Shown here: positions 50,660 through 61,027 of the stretch, in pieces
Position numbering within the stretch: position 1 is the first letter of the stretch
Layout: every line of letters starts with the position of its first letter
NCBI GenBank assembly: GCA_963422365.1
Contig: OY729426.1
Location: 448,001 to 512,000 of the forward strand
Direction of reading: 5' to 3'
Length of the DNA: 64,000 nucleotides
From: Nitrospirales bacterium
GTDB lineage: Bacteria; Nitrospirota; Nitrospiria; Nitrospirales; UBA8639
The notes under the pieces: model-generated
What the model saw: the letters and a program-made list of their open reading frames with translations, nothing else
Database searches by the model: none
Told to the model about the DNA's origin: nothing
Position numbers and translations under genes: made by a program

Positions 50660-51826
50660 ATGTTACGCGACTTTGACGACGAGGTAAAAAAATTAGACGC
50701 GCAACATCTCCGCCGGCAGCCGCGCATCGTGCAGTCGCCGGCAGATACCACGATCACCATCAAAGGCCGCCGATTCATTTCCATGGCCTCGAATAATTAT
50801 CTCGGGTTGGCCAATCATCCCGCCGTCAACCGGGCGGCCATCGAGGCCATCGAAAAATGGGGAGTCGGAGCCGGTGCCGCGCGTCTCATTTCCGGCACCA
50901 TGACGCCTCACCACCAACTGGAACAGGACCTCGCCAGATTCAAACAAGTCGAAGCCAGCCTGACCTTCGGAACGGGATATACCACGAACCTGGGGCTTCT
51001 CCCGTCACTCATCGACCGGGACGGCCTCATCCTTGCCGACCGCTACTGTCACGCCAGCCTCATAGAAGCCTGCCGGCTGGCCAAAGCCAGGCTTCGCGTG
51101 TTTCACCACAACGATGTCGAGCACCTGGAAAAATTGCTCAAGAAACGGGAACGGGCTTGGCGTACCCTGGTCGTCACCGAAGGGGTCTTCAGTATGGATG
51201 GCGATCTCGCACCACTCCCGAATTTACTGACGCTCTGCCGACAATATGAAGCCACACTGGTCATCGACGATGCCCACGGCACGGGGGTCATGGGAAAAAA
51301 CAGTCGCGGAACGGTCGAACACTTCGGTTTGAACCCACAAGATCTCATCCAGATGGGCACATTGAGCAAGGCAATCGGAACCAGCGGCGGTTACATCGCA
51401 GGAACGGCTTCCCTCAAAAAATATCTGATTAATACGTCAAAGGCATTCATCTACACGACAGCAGCCCCGCCAGCCATCGCCGCCGCCGCATCCGCGGCCA
51501 TTCGGATCATTCAACACGAACCCGCTCGCAGGGAACGCCTCCAGAACAACCGAGACGCTCTCCATGCAACCCTGACAGGCCTAGGCTTTAAACTCACCGA
51601 CTCGCAGAGCCCGATCCTGCCGATCATCGTGAAATCGCCGGAGACGGCGCTGGAGATGTCGCAAGCACTGTACAAAGCCGGCGTGTACGTTCCGGCCATC
51701 CGCCCGCCCACCGTCCCCAAACACGGCAGCCGGCTACGACTCACCGTGAGTTCGGAGCATACAAAAGATCAGATGGAAACAGTGGTGACCGCGTTTCGAG
51801 AGGTGGGAAAAGAAATGGGTATCTAG
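50660..51826 (+). CDS. bioF: 8-amino-7-oxononanoate synthase
   Basis: SNNYLGLA.HP, HASLI, EGVFSMDGD, DDAHG.G, GTLSKA, AIRPPTVP...SRLR. Confidence 0.93.
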   Translation: MLRDFDDEVKKLDAQHLRRQPRIVQSPADTTITIKGRRFISMASNNYLGLANHPAVNRAAIEAIEKWGVGAGAARLISGTMTPHHQLEQDLARFKQVEASLTFGTGYTTNLGLLPSLIDRDGLILADRYCHASLIEACRLAKARLRVFHHNDVEHLEKLLKKRERAWRTLVVTEGVFSMDGDLAPLPNLLTLCRQYEATLVIDDAHGTGVMGKNSRGTVEHFGLNPQDLIQMGTLSKAIGTSGGYIAGTASLKKYLINTSKAFIYTTAAPPAIAAAASAAIRIIQHEPARRERLQNNRDALHATLTGLGFKLTDSQSPILPIIVKSPETALEMSQALYKAGVYVPAIRPPTVPKHGSRLRLTVSSEHTKDQMETVVTAFREVGKEMGI

Positions 51827-51843
51827 GTAATGTTGGCATTTCC

Positions 51844-51929
51844 CGTCAATCCCACGAAAGCAGGAATCCAGATCAAGCGCAATACCCTTTTTCGAGGACA
51901 GCTGGATTCCGGCTTCCGCCGGAATGACG
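51844..51929. repeat. REP-like imperfect palindromic element
   Basis: CGTCAATCCCACGAAAGCAGGAATCCAG ... CTGGATTCCGGCTTCCGCCGGAATGACG arms. Confidence 0.7.
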
Positions 51930-51944
51930 AAATGAAATTTTAAC

Positions 51945-52890
51945 GAGGTTTCGTACTGGTATTCGACGAAATTCAGAAGATACCAAATTGGTCGGAGACC
52001 GTGAAAGGCTTATGGGACGCCGACCGACGCGACGGACGCCTTCTGCACGTGGTCGTGTTGGGATCGGCACCACTTCTCATACAACGAGGATTGAACGAAA
52101 GCATGGCCGGCCGCTTTGAAACGATCCGCTTGCCGCATTGGTCGTTTGGCGAGATGTCCGCGGCATTCGGTTTTGATCTCAACCGTTACATCTACTTCGG
52201 TGGGTATCCGGGTGCGGCATCCTTGGTCCGGGAACAGCGGCGCTGGCGCGAATACATTTTGGGTTCCCTTATCGAACCGAATATCGAGCGGGACATCCTT
52301 GCCATGGAGCGGGTGGACAAGCCGGCGCTCCTCAAAAGGCTTTTCGAGTTCGGGGCCGAGAGGTCCGGACAGATTCTGGCATACGACAAGATGCTCGATC
52401 AGCTTCAGGATGCCGGAAACACGACGACCTTGGCGCGCTATCTGGATCTGCTGTCGAAAGCGGGGCTGCTTACGGGCCTTGCCAAATACGCCGGAGGGGC
52501 GTACCGCCGAAGGGCCTCCAGTCCCAAACTCAACGTCCTCAATACCGCGCTGATGGCGGTCTATTCCGGCTACACGTTCGAAGAGGCGAAAGCGGATCGA
52601 AGTTTTTGGGGCGATTGGTCGAAAGCGCCGTCGGGGCACACCTGTTCAATACGGGCATACCGGAGGTCCGCCTTCATTACTGACGGGAACGGTCCCTTGA
52701 GGTGGATTTCGTCTTGGAGCATGGCCGGAAGCTCGTTGCGTTGGAAGTCAAAAGCGGATCGCGGAGAGCGACTACAGTCGGGCTGGAGGAGTTCGCAAGG
52801 CGCTTCTCACCACAGCATTCCTTACTTGTCGGCGACCGCGGCCTTCCGATTTCGGAATTTCTGTCGACCCCTGCCCTGGATTGGTTTTAA
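51945..52890 (+). pseudogene. AAA_14 + DUF4143 ATP-binding protein, 5'-truncated and disrupted
   Basis: Begins at Walker B (FDEIQKIPNW); ESMAGRF; GGYPG; frameshift near 52610 (FWG/RLVESAVGAHL); TGA at 52681 in YWRE; EVDFV...ALEVKSG. Confidence 0.8.
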
Positions 52891-52895
52891 AAATC

Positions 52896-55800
52896 ATGAC
52901 TGATTTTGTTCCGCGCACATGTACGGAAGTCGGGGAAGACGATGCCGGTGTTGGACACTCCTCCCTGTCTTTCGAGAAGTTTCGGAATATCGACGCTTAC
53001 GTACTGCTCGGCGCACCAGGCGCCGGCAAGACCACGGCGTTCAAACAAGAGGCTGATTGCCCAAAGGCGTGCTATATCACTGCCCGAGACTTCATCACGT
53101 TCGATGATCGCCCGGAATGGCATGACACGACGCTGTTTATTGACGGTCTCGACGAAATGCGGGCAGGATCGTCGGATGGACGCACACCACTGGACAGCAT
53201 ACGCAGAAAGCTCGACCAATTGGGTCGCCCACGGTTCCGGCTCTCCTGTCGTGAGGCCGACTGGTTCGGCGACAACGACAGAAACCATCTGAACGAGGTA
53301 TCGAGAAACGGCAAGGTCAAGGTTCTGCGCCTTGCTCCGCTCACCGAAGAGGACATTGACAAAATCTTGCGCGACGATCCGAAAGTCGATGACCCGGAAA
53401 AGTTCGTTCATGAAGCCCGCCGGCAAGGCTTGGAGACCCTGCTCACGAATCCGCAAAGCCTGCAGATGCTTGTTGACGCCGTAGGCGGTGGCACATGGCC
53501 GGACACGCGGAAAGAAACGTATGAGTCGGCGTGCCTCACACTCGCCGGCGAGTTCAATCAAGAACACAAACGGGCAACTCAGAGACAGGTCGATACGTCG
53601 GTGCTGTTGGACGCGGCTGGACGGCTTTGTGCCGTTCAACTCCTCGCCGGTCATGCGGGGTACGCTCTGATCGGTGACGCGAGCAACGACGAATATCCGG
53701 GATTGGAGCAAGTTCCCTTCGACAGGGAAAATGCCCGTCAAGCCGCGGTCAGGACCAAGATCTTCGAATCTCCAAGTGAAGGCCTCGCTGCCCCTGTTCA
53801 CCGACACATTGCCGAGTTCCTGGGCGGCCGATATCTTGGCAACTTGGTCCAAGACGGCTTACCGATCCGGCGTATTCTTGCTTTGATGACGGGTGCCGAC
53901 GGCGGTGTCGTGTCGGATTTGCGAGGTCTCTCGGCATGGCTCGCAACGCACAGCAGGACAAGCCGGATGGAAATCATCGCGCGGGACCCGATTGGAACCA
54001 TTCTCTACGGCGACGTCAGGGACTTCTCTGTCGACGAGAAGCGCAGGTTGATAAACGACCTAAATCATGAATCACAAAGGAATCCCTGGTTTTTCGACCA
54101 GTTGGAGAAGATGGATTCCGGTTTTGGTGATCTTGCGACACACGATATGGAGCCCACTTTCAGAGAAGCCTTGACAAGTCCAACACGGCACGAAACCCAC
54201 CAAGCACTTGTCGTGTGTCTGGTCGAAGCGCTTCGGCATGGGCAGGTCATTCCGGAGTTTGTGGAAGTTGTACTGGCCGTCGTCAGGGACGACAGTTGGT
54301 GGCCATGCATCAGGCATTGTGCCCTGGATACGATTCTTCATCAAAGAAAAAACGACCAGCAGACCGACGCCACGCTTCTGGCGTTACTGGCGGACGTGAA
54401 TGACGGCTTGGTGCCTGACCCGGACGATGAATTGCTAGGTCTATTGCTGAGCGAACTCTATCCTTCGAAGCTATCTGCATCGGAAATCCTTCAATATTTG
54501 CGAATACCCAAAAATAGAAAACTCGGTATGTATAGGTATTTTTGGAACAGCGTGGCAAGGAAATCGACAAACGCGCAGCTTACAGAACTCTTGGATATCC
54601 TCGTCGAGCGATCCGACGAATTGCTGGAGAAAATTCGGGTAAATCCTAGACCAAGCAACCCGGCATGCCGTCTCCCGTCGAGTTTGTTGGCTCGTTTTCT
54701 GAACACATCGCACGAAAATATCGCTCCCGACAGACTCTTCGATTGGTTAGGCGTCGCCGCATTGGATTTTGGCCCGTCCGATCATCTCGATCCTGAAGTA
54801 CCGAAGATGATGGATGGGCTGGCATCCCTGCAAGCGGTAGTCAAATATTACGAGCAACACGGATACGAACCTCCAGGCAACGCTACGCACGATATTGGTG
54901 TCTGGCTGAGCAACCACCCCACGATACAGAAAGAGATAGTTGCCATGTGCATCAAGCACTGTCGCGGGGAGCAACAGTTCGATTTATGCGTTGATATGAA
55001 GCACCGCAGGTTGTTTGACGCGACACTGCCACCTGATTTCGGATCCTGGTGCATCGAACAGGCAATCGCAACCGACGGGAATGCGGCCACCTATTACATC
55101 CACAGAGCCGCTAATGCCCTTGCTGACAATCGGCATGACGAACGGTTGACCAGGGAAATCGTGGAAGAGCGTCTCGCAACCCACCCGTCCCTTAAGCAGG
55201 CTTTCAGAGAACGCCTGTCCGAGCGCGAACGGCAGAACACCGAAGATACGTGCGCCAAAGAAGCGTGCAAAAAACGGGAAAGCCGGACACAGCAGGAATT
55301 TCGGGATCGCGTGAAGGAACACGTCGCGGCGCTACGCGAAAATCGATGTCAGCCGTGTCTGCTTGCCCAATTGGCTACAGCGTATTTCGGCGAATTTTTC
55401 GACATTGAGGGCAGCAACCCCAAGGACCGGCTATGCAACCTGCTCGGAAACGATACAGACTTGATTGAGATGGTTCTGGTCGGTCTTCGGGGAACAATAA
55501 GTCGAAACGATGTTCCGACCGATACCGAAATCATACGCCTCAGTGCCGGAAACATGAGGGACGTTCTGGAGCTTCCCTTCCTGGCCGGCCTAGAGGAACT
55601 CTTTGAAATTGAAGGAGAAAAGCCGCCACTCAACGAAAGGCAGATGAAGCAGGCCGTTGCTTTTTATTATCATAGTTGTCCGCTCCGCTATTATACTAGA
55701 GGCGAGAGTCCGCATTGGTATCGACGGTTGCTGGCCCACCATCCGGACATGGTGTCCGACGTGTTCATCAAGTTCGTTCGGTCAGAAATCCGGAGCGGGA

Positions 55801-57020
55801 AGAAACAGTTTCTCGAAGCCTTGAATCTCGCTTCCTCGAAGGAACACGAGGCAGTCGCCCGTCTGGCGTCTCTGTCCTTTTTAAAGATTTTTCCCGTGCG
55901 GTGTACGTCACCGCAACTTCGGTTGCTGAATGCTCTGCTCACGGCCGCGTTGCTTCATTGTGAGAAAGAGGCATTCGTAAACCTGATCGAACACAAACTC
56001 GCTCTCCGAAGCATGAACGTCGCTCAGCGCGTCTACTGGCTGGCCGCCGGACTTCTTGCCTCGCCCGCGTCGTACCGCGAAACGCTCAAGACGTCGGTAT
56101 CAGGCCACGAGCGACGAATTCGGCATCTGGCGGAATTGTTACCCGCTTGGACAACTTTGGTGTTTGAACGCCTTGATGTTCCGGAGTTGGCATTGCTGAT
56201 CCGACTGACAGGGGATTTCTGCCGACCTTTTTCCTCTTCGTCCGACTTTCATTCTTCGTCCGATTTCGTAACCGGACTCATCAAGCGACTTGCTTCCCTT
56301 CCATCCCCGGATGCGACGGCAGCGCTTGAATCGCTGTCATCCGATAATGCTCTGCATCCTTGGCGATCCACTTTCGTGAATGCGGCATATCGACAGAACG
56401 CGATCCGTCGCGAAGCGGGTTTCCGGCATAAGGATATCCAGACGGTGCTCCAGACCCTGGACAAGCGGAAACCCGCGAACGCCGCTGATCTAGAGGCCCT
56501 GACGACGGATATGTTGTCTGATATGGCCAGAAGGATCCGCGATGGGAACACTTCAGACTGGCGTCAGTATTGGAATATGCATTCCTCAAATAAGCCTGAG
56601 ACGCCTAAGCCTAAGCACGAAGACCTCTGCAGAGACGCGCTGTTGTCGGATTTACGACTCAAGCTGGATCCACTGGGAATCGACGCCCAGCCAGAGGGCC
56701 GCTACGCGGACGATAAACGGGCCGATATTCGCGTTACATATGGCAACTTCAACGTGCCTGTCGAGATCAAAAAGAGCAACCACCGTGAACTGTGGAGCGC
56801 GATCCGGGAGCAATTGATCAGAAAATACGCCCGGGATCCGGGCGCGGGTGGTTATGGCATCTATCTGGTGCTCTGGTTTGGCGAGCAAGACTGCCAAACA
56901 CCACCCGAGGGAGCACACCCTACAAGCGCGGACAAACTGCAAGAGCGTCTGCTGCACACACTCTCGGCGGATGAAAAGTTCAAAATATCGACCCGCGTCA
57001 TCGACGTCTCCAGACGTTGA
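52896..57020 (+). CDS. Large STAND/NACHT-like NTPase with C-terminal PD-(D/E)XK-like domain
   Basis: Walker A GAPGAGKT, Walker B LFIDGLDE, RLSCR, NP..L, HR.IAEFL; helical middle; C-terminal E...ADDKRADI...PVEIK. Confidence 0.8.
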   Translation: MTDFVPRTCTEVGEDDAGVGHSSLSFEKFRNIDAYVLLGAPGAGKTTAFKQEADCPKACYITARDFITFDDRPEWHDTTLFIDGLDEMRAGSSDGRTPLDSIRRKLDQLGRPRFRLSCREADWFGDNDRNHLNEVSRNGKVKVLRLAPLTEEDIDKILRDDPKVDDPEKFVHEARRQGLETLLTNPQSLQMLVDAVGGGTWPDTRKETYESACLTLAGEFNQEHKRATQRQVDTSVLLDAAGRLCAVQLLAGHAGYALIGDASNDEYPGLEQVPFDRENARQAAVRTKIFESPSEGLAAPVHRHIAEFLGGRYLGNLVQDGLPIRRILALMTGADGGVVSDLRGLSAWLATHSRTSRMEIIARDPIGTILYGDVRDFSVDEKRRLINDLNHESQRNPWFFDQLEKMDSGFGDLATHDMEPTFREALTSPTRHETHQALVVCLVEALRHGQVIPEFVEVVLAVVRDDSWWPCIRHCALDTILHQRKNDQQTDATLLALLADVNDGLVPDPDDELLGLLLSELYPSKLSASEILQYLRIPKNRKLGMYRYFWNSVARKSTNAQLTELLDILVERSDELLEKIRVNPRPSNPACRLPSSLLARFLNTSHENIAPDRLFDWLGVAALDFGPSDHLDPEVPKMMDGLASLQAVVKYYEQHGYEPPGNATHDIGVWLSNHPTIQKEIVAMCIKHCRGEQQFDLCVDMKHRRLFDATLPPDFGSWCIEQAIATDGNAATYYIHRAANALADNRHDERLTREIVEERLATHPSLKQAFRERLSERERQNTEDTCAKEACKKRESRTQQEFRDRVKEHVAALRENRCQPCLLAQLATAYFGEFFDIEGSNPKDRLCNLLGNDTDLIEMVLVGLRGTISRNDVPTDTEIIRLSAGNMRDVLELPFLAGLEELFEIEGEKPPLNERQMKQAVAFYYHSCPLRYYTRGESPHWYRRLLAHHPDMVSDVFIKFVRSEIRSGKKQFLEALNLASSKEHEAVARLASLSFLKIFPVRCTSPQLRLLNALLTAALLHCEKEAFVNLIEHKLALRSMNVAQRVYWLAAGLLASPASYRETLKTSVSGHERRIRHLAELLPAWTTLVFERLDVPELALLIRLTGDFCRPFSSSSDFHSSSDFVTGLIKRLASLPSPDATAALESLSSDNALHPWRSTFVNAAYRQNAIRREAGFRHKDIQTVLQTLDKRKPANAADLEALTTDMLSDMARRIRDGNTSDWRQYWNMHSSNKPETPKPKHEDLCRDALLSDLRLKLDPLGIDAQPEGRYADDKRADIRVTYGNFNVPVEIKKSNHRELWSAIREQLIRKYARDPGAGGYGIYLVLWFGEQDCQTPPEGAHPTSADKLQERLLHTLSADEKFKISTRVIDVSRR

Positions 57021-57136
57021 GAACTAATTGGGAAAGACCGTTTCAACGTCAAGTTCCCGTCGATATCCATCCGCGTGGGCTCTCGACGTCAATCGACACG
57101 GATGACCCGGACACAGCGTGATCGAGCTTCCCGCAG

Positions 57137-57649
57137 TTATGACACCTCTTCAATCTTCAGAAGATAGGTGATAATCTTGTCCAAGGCGCCGGCGGTGAGT
57201 TTGTGGCCGTACCACCGCGGCATGGCATGGTCGGGATACCCCTTTACAATATAGGCTCCTGGATTCAGAATGGATTCCTGCACGTATTCCCACTCGGTTT
57301 TGGCTTTCCCGTGATAGTTTGGATCGGTTAAACGCTGGAGGGCGGTCGTGCCCAATTCCAACTTCGGGCCTTCCCGCCCTTTGGCGACTCGAATGCCCGG
57401 AATCATGTGACAAGCGGCACACCCGGACTGGACAAAAATTTTGTCGATGGGTTCTTTTCCCGTAGCCAATGGAACATTGGCTTTATTCACCACCTTCACT
57501 GCCTCGTTCTTGGGTGTTTCGATTTTTTCCTCCTGGGGCTCAGGCTCCGGTTCAATGCGGTTGAGCGTCCAAAAGAATACCACACACATGAGCCCAACGA
57601 TGATGATCGTCTCTTTATCCCACCGAAACGGTCTCTTGTTCGCAGCCAC
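57137..57649 (-). CDS. Membrane-anchored monoheme cytochrome c
   Basis: N-terminal TM; CAACH; EYVQESILNPGAYIVKGYP..MP. Confidence 0.88.
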   Translation of the reverse strand: MAANKRPFRWDKETIIIVGLMCVVFFWTLNRIEPEPEPQEEKIETPKNEAVKVVNKANVPLATGKEPIDKIFVQSGCAACHMIPGIRVAKGREGPKLELGTTALQRLTDPNYHGKAKTEWEYVQESILNPGAYIVKGYPDHAMPRWYGHKLTAGALDKIITYLLKIEEVS

Positions 57650-57783
57650 GTGACCGACCTCCGGATTCGTTCCGAGAGCGAGCCTTCCACCGCCGTATCT
57701 CTATCACAAATGTGGAGGACTCACCAACCAGGGAAACCTGGTGACGCATATTTTTTGGTAGACTGAAGACCAACCAACTTGAA

Positions 57784-58860
57784 ATGCGATTTTCTATGCG
57801 GCCGAACCATATTGTTCTCCCGTTCACTCCTCATCTTTGGCTGAAGAATCCTCATATCCAAACCCTGGCATCCCGGTATCGACGCAGGCCCCATCTCCTC
57901 GCTAATGTCCCGATTGAGGATCGCCTGTTCCAAGTCGACCTCCAATCGCAGCTCAAAGGCGTATGCAGTTGGCAACCGAACCGTCAGGCCCCCGGGCTCA
58001 TCCTGGTCCATGGGTTAGAGGGGTGCCATGACTCGCACTATATGCGAGGCATCGCTCACAAGGCTTGGCACGCCGGATTGAACGTCGTCCGCTTGAATCA
58101 ACGAAACTGCGCAGGCACCGAACACCTCACTCCCACTCTGTACCACGGGGGATTGAGCCAGGACGTTCGGGCCGTGGCCGACGAGCTCTTCAGAAAAGAT
58201 GGCATCCAGGCTCTCTGGGTCGCGGGGTATTCGATGGGTGGGAACCTGGTGTTGAAGATGGCAGGAGAGGCCAGGGAGACCTGTCCCGGTCTACGAGGTG
58301 TAGCTGCCGTCTGTCCCAACGTCCATCCCGCGGCTTGCGTGGCGGCTTTAGAGCAACGGCGAAACTGGATCTACCATCAACACTTTATGGTCAAGCTTAA
58401 AGCGCGACTCGAACGCAAGGCCAAATTCTTCCCAGGGAAATGGGACCTGTCCTTTTTGAAAAACGTCCGTACCTTATCTCAATTTGATGATGCGTACACG
58501 GCTCCCGATGGGGGCTACCGCAATGCGACAGACTATTACGAACAATCAGGATCCCGTCACGTGCTCGACTACATTCAAGTCCCAACCTTGCTCATCACGG
58601 CACAAGACGACCCCTTTGTTCCTTTTGCCTCGTTTGATATTCCTCGAATCCGTACCAATCCCTGGATTCAACTCATCAACCCCGCGCAGGGTGGCCACTG
58701 TGGTTTTCTCCAACAAGTACGTAAAAACGAAGACGTGCACTGGGCCGAAAATCGAATCGTTGAATTTATTCAACAGAATGAGAATCCGCCCGGCAGGTCG
58801 GGTTGGCAAAGCGTACCCGACAGCCTCACTCAGGATTGTCAATGTTCACGCATTTGTTGA
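57784..58860 (+). CDS. YheT-family alpha/beta hydrolase
   Basis: NPHIQT, HGLEG...S.Y, GYSMGGN, FDD.YTAP, A.DDPF, GGHCGF. Confidence 0.9.
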   Translation: MRFSMRPNHIVLPFTPHLWLKNPHIQTLASRYRRRPHLLANVPIEDRLFQVDLQSQLKGVCSWQPNRQAPGLILVHGLEGCHDSHYMRGIAHKAWHAGLNVVRLNQRNCAGTEHLTPTLYHGGLSQDVRAVADELFRKDGIQALWVAGYSMGGNLVLKMAGEARETCPGLRGVAAVCPNVHPAACVAALEQRRNWIYHQHFMVKLKARLERKAKFFPGKWDLSFLKNVRTLSQFDDAYTAPDGGYRNATDYYEQSGSRHVLDYIQVPTLLITAQDDPFVPFASFDIPRIRTNPWIQLINPAQGGHCGFLQQVRKNEDVHWAENRIVEFIQQNENPPGRSGWQSVPDSLTQDCQCSRIC

Positions 58861-59088
58861 CAGAAGAGAGGGGCCATCCTTCGACAGACTCAGGGCAAGC
58901 TCTGAGCCGGAGGCGAAGAAGCTCTTGCTCAACCACCGAAGCCCTTGAAAAACCGATCCGTCGCTTCGTGAAGGATGCCACCCCGGCGTGTTGGCAGGAT
59001 GCTGGATTCCTGCTTCTCCCTAGCGGAAATTGTCAACGAATGCGTGAACACAGACAAGGATGACGGAAGGACGGCTCAGGACGACCAC

Positions 59089-60000
59089 TCAGGGGCTCAG
59101 GAACCGTTCCAGGGCTTCACGATACTTGGCACTCGTCTGCATGACGACCTTATCAGGCAAATAGGGCGGAGGCGGGGTTCGATCCCAACCCACAGAGTCC
59201 AGATAATCTCGAACAAATTGTTTATCAAAACTGGGTTGCGACTTCCCAGGCTCATAGTGCCATTTGGGCCAAAACCGCGACGAGTCCGGCGTGAGGACTT
59301 CATCGATGACCAAAAGCTGTTTTGTGTCCCGATGCAGTCCAAATTCAAATTTTGTATCGGCGATAAGAAGGTCACGCTCTTCGGCTAAGGCAGCCGCACG
59401 CTGATACAGCGTGATGCTGACCGTCTTGACGTGTTCCGCCAACTCTTCGCCAATACGGTTTTTCATTTTCTCATATGAAATATTTTCATCATGTCCTTCC
59501 GTGGCTTTGGTCGAAGGCGTGAACAAGGGTTCAGGGAATTGCTCTGATTCCCGCAAGCCCGCGGGGAGTGGCTGTTCACAGACGGTTCCCTGTTTTTGGT
59601 ATTCTTTCCACGCCGACCCGGAAAGGTACCCGCGCACAATACATTCCACGGGCAACGGTTCGGCTTTTTCCACAATCATACTGCGGCCCGCCAATAGCTT
59701 CACATGAGGTCGACACGAGTCGGGAAAGGCATCAGGGTTCATGGTTCGCAGATGATGCGGCACCAGACCGCCGTCCTGCCACAGGCGATCAAACCAGAAC
59801 TTCGACAGTTGCGTGAGCACAAAGCCTTTGCCGGGGATCCCTTCCGGCAAGACCACATCAAAGGCCGAAATTCGGTCGCTCGCAATCAACAGCAAGCAAT
59901 CGCCAAGGTCGTACATATCCCGCACTTTGCCCTGCCGCTTCCGACCAAGGCCGGTGAGGTTCGTTTCCAACACGGCTGGAGATGTCCACACGTCGCTCAT
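59089..60000 (-). CDS. purC: SAICAR synthetase
   Basis: GKVRDMY, SDRISAFD, ECIVRGY.SGS, FTPSTKA..GHDENI, ADTKFEFG, DE.LTPDSSRFW, DKQFVRD. Confidence 0.98.
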   Translation of the reverse strand: MSDVWTSPAVLETNLTGLGRKRQGKVRDMYDLGDCLLLIASDRISAFDVVLPEGIPGKGFVLTQLSKFWFDRLWQDGGLVPHHLRTMNPDAFPDSCRPHVKLLAGRSMIVEKAEPLPVECIVRGYLSGSAWKEYQKQGTVCEQPLPAGLRESEQFPEPLFTPSTKATEGHDENISYEKMKNRIGEELAEHVKTVSITLYQRAAALAEERDLLIADTKFEFGLHRDTKQLLVIDEVLTPDSSRFWPKWHYEPGKSQPSFDKQFVRDYLDSVGWDRTPPPPYLPDKVVMQTSAKYREALERFLSP

Positions 60001-60268
60001 GATGCATGTTCCTTTTGTAGAAGAAGTGGATAAAACATCTAAAAGGGAAAACCAGAACTCTAGGTAAGCCGGTATGATGAGTCAACATCCGTTACCGGAC
60101 GGTCCTGATAACCGTTTGGAAGGCTCGACGATGACAGCGCAAGGAGAAATTGAGATTCCGTGCATTGAATATCCTTACTGAATACAGTACAGTTATCTTC
60201 AAGAAGAACATGCTGTCCTCTGCTAGAGAGCAGGCTACGGGACGGCACACAAGGGAGATTCTGCCATC

Positions 60269-60541
60269 ATGTCTGTTTTCGCTATCGTTCTCAAGAAAGC
60301 CAATGCCCAGGTAACGGAACAGATTGCCAAAGCCTATCCGGAGCATTATCAATATAGCAACACCTTCTTTCTCGTGGAGAGCGATACGCTTGCGGAAAGC
60401 TTTGCCGTCTCTGTCGGGATAAAAGGGGAACACCAGATCGAGTCGGCAAGTGGAGCGGTCTTTGAGCTGACTCAAGCCTATTCTGGCTATACCACACGCT
60501 CGCTGTGGGACTGGCTCAGCCGGACCGAGGACCGGGAATGA
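60269..60541 (+). CDS. Hypothetical protein (90 aa)
   Basis: SD AGGGAG; ATGA-coupled to the next ORF; ends YSGY....LWDWL. Confidence 0.65.
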   Translation: MSVFAIVLKKANAQVTEQIAKAYPEHYQYSNTFFLVESDTLAESFAVSVGIKGEHQIESASGAVFELTQAYSGYTTRSLWDWLSRTEDRE

Positions 60542-60783
60542 GTGCTCAGCATCTTCAATCCGTATCCGACAATGAAGAAGAACCGGAGGGCCCTGCAAGG
60601 TCAAGCCGGGGCAATGGCGGAAGCGACATTGAAAGGCGGCTCGCGGCACTCGAAACCCACATGCAATACCTTGCCACCAAAGAGGACCTCCAAAAACTCG
60701 AAGTGTGGTTTCTGCAGGCTATGATCGGCGCAATGGTGGCGATTGTAAGTCTAACCATCGGAATCCTCAAGTTCTTCTTTTAA
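60538..60783 (+). CDS. Small coiled-coil protein with C-terminal TM (XhlA/DUF1640-like)
   Basis: IERRLAALETHMQYLATKEDLQKLE followed by a hydrophobic tail. Confidence 0.65.
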   Translation: MSAQHLQSVSDNEEEPEGPARSSRGNGGSDIERRLAALETHMQYLATKEDLQKLEVWFLQAMIGAMVAIVSLTIGILKFFF

Positions 60784-61027
60784 CCGAATATTAAGATCCT
60801 ACATGTTGTGCATCCGTTGTTTGTGTGCCGTTGATGTCCAACAAGAGTGCAGAATTCATCGAGAATGTGGTTGCCTGCACTCTCCCTCGAATTTTTGGAG
60901 TGCCAAACCGCTACCGTTAACAGTCCCCATCCACCGACCGCTCCTACCCAGACAGGGTCCAACGGTTCACAAACAGGTTTCAACGTGTTCCCTTGATTCC
61001 TCGCAAGGGATGAGGTAGAAGATTTCT

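Noticed and set aside
56232..56268. 18-bp in-frame duplication (SSSDF x2) in the STAND gene
   Set aside because: Local slippage that keeps the frame; no evidence of function.
58873..58900. Short CCTTCGACAGACTCAGGGCAAGC REP-like half element
   Set aside because: Single degenerate copy with no partner arm or transposase.
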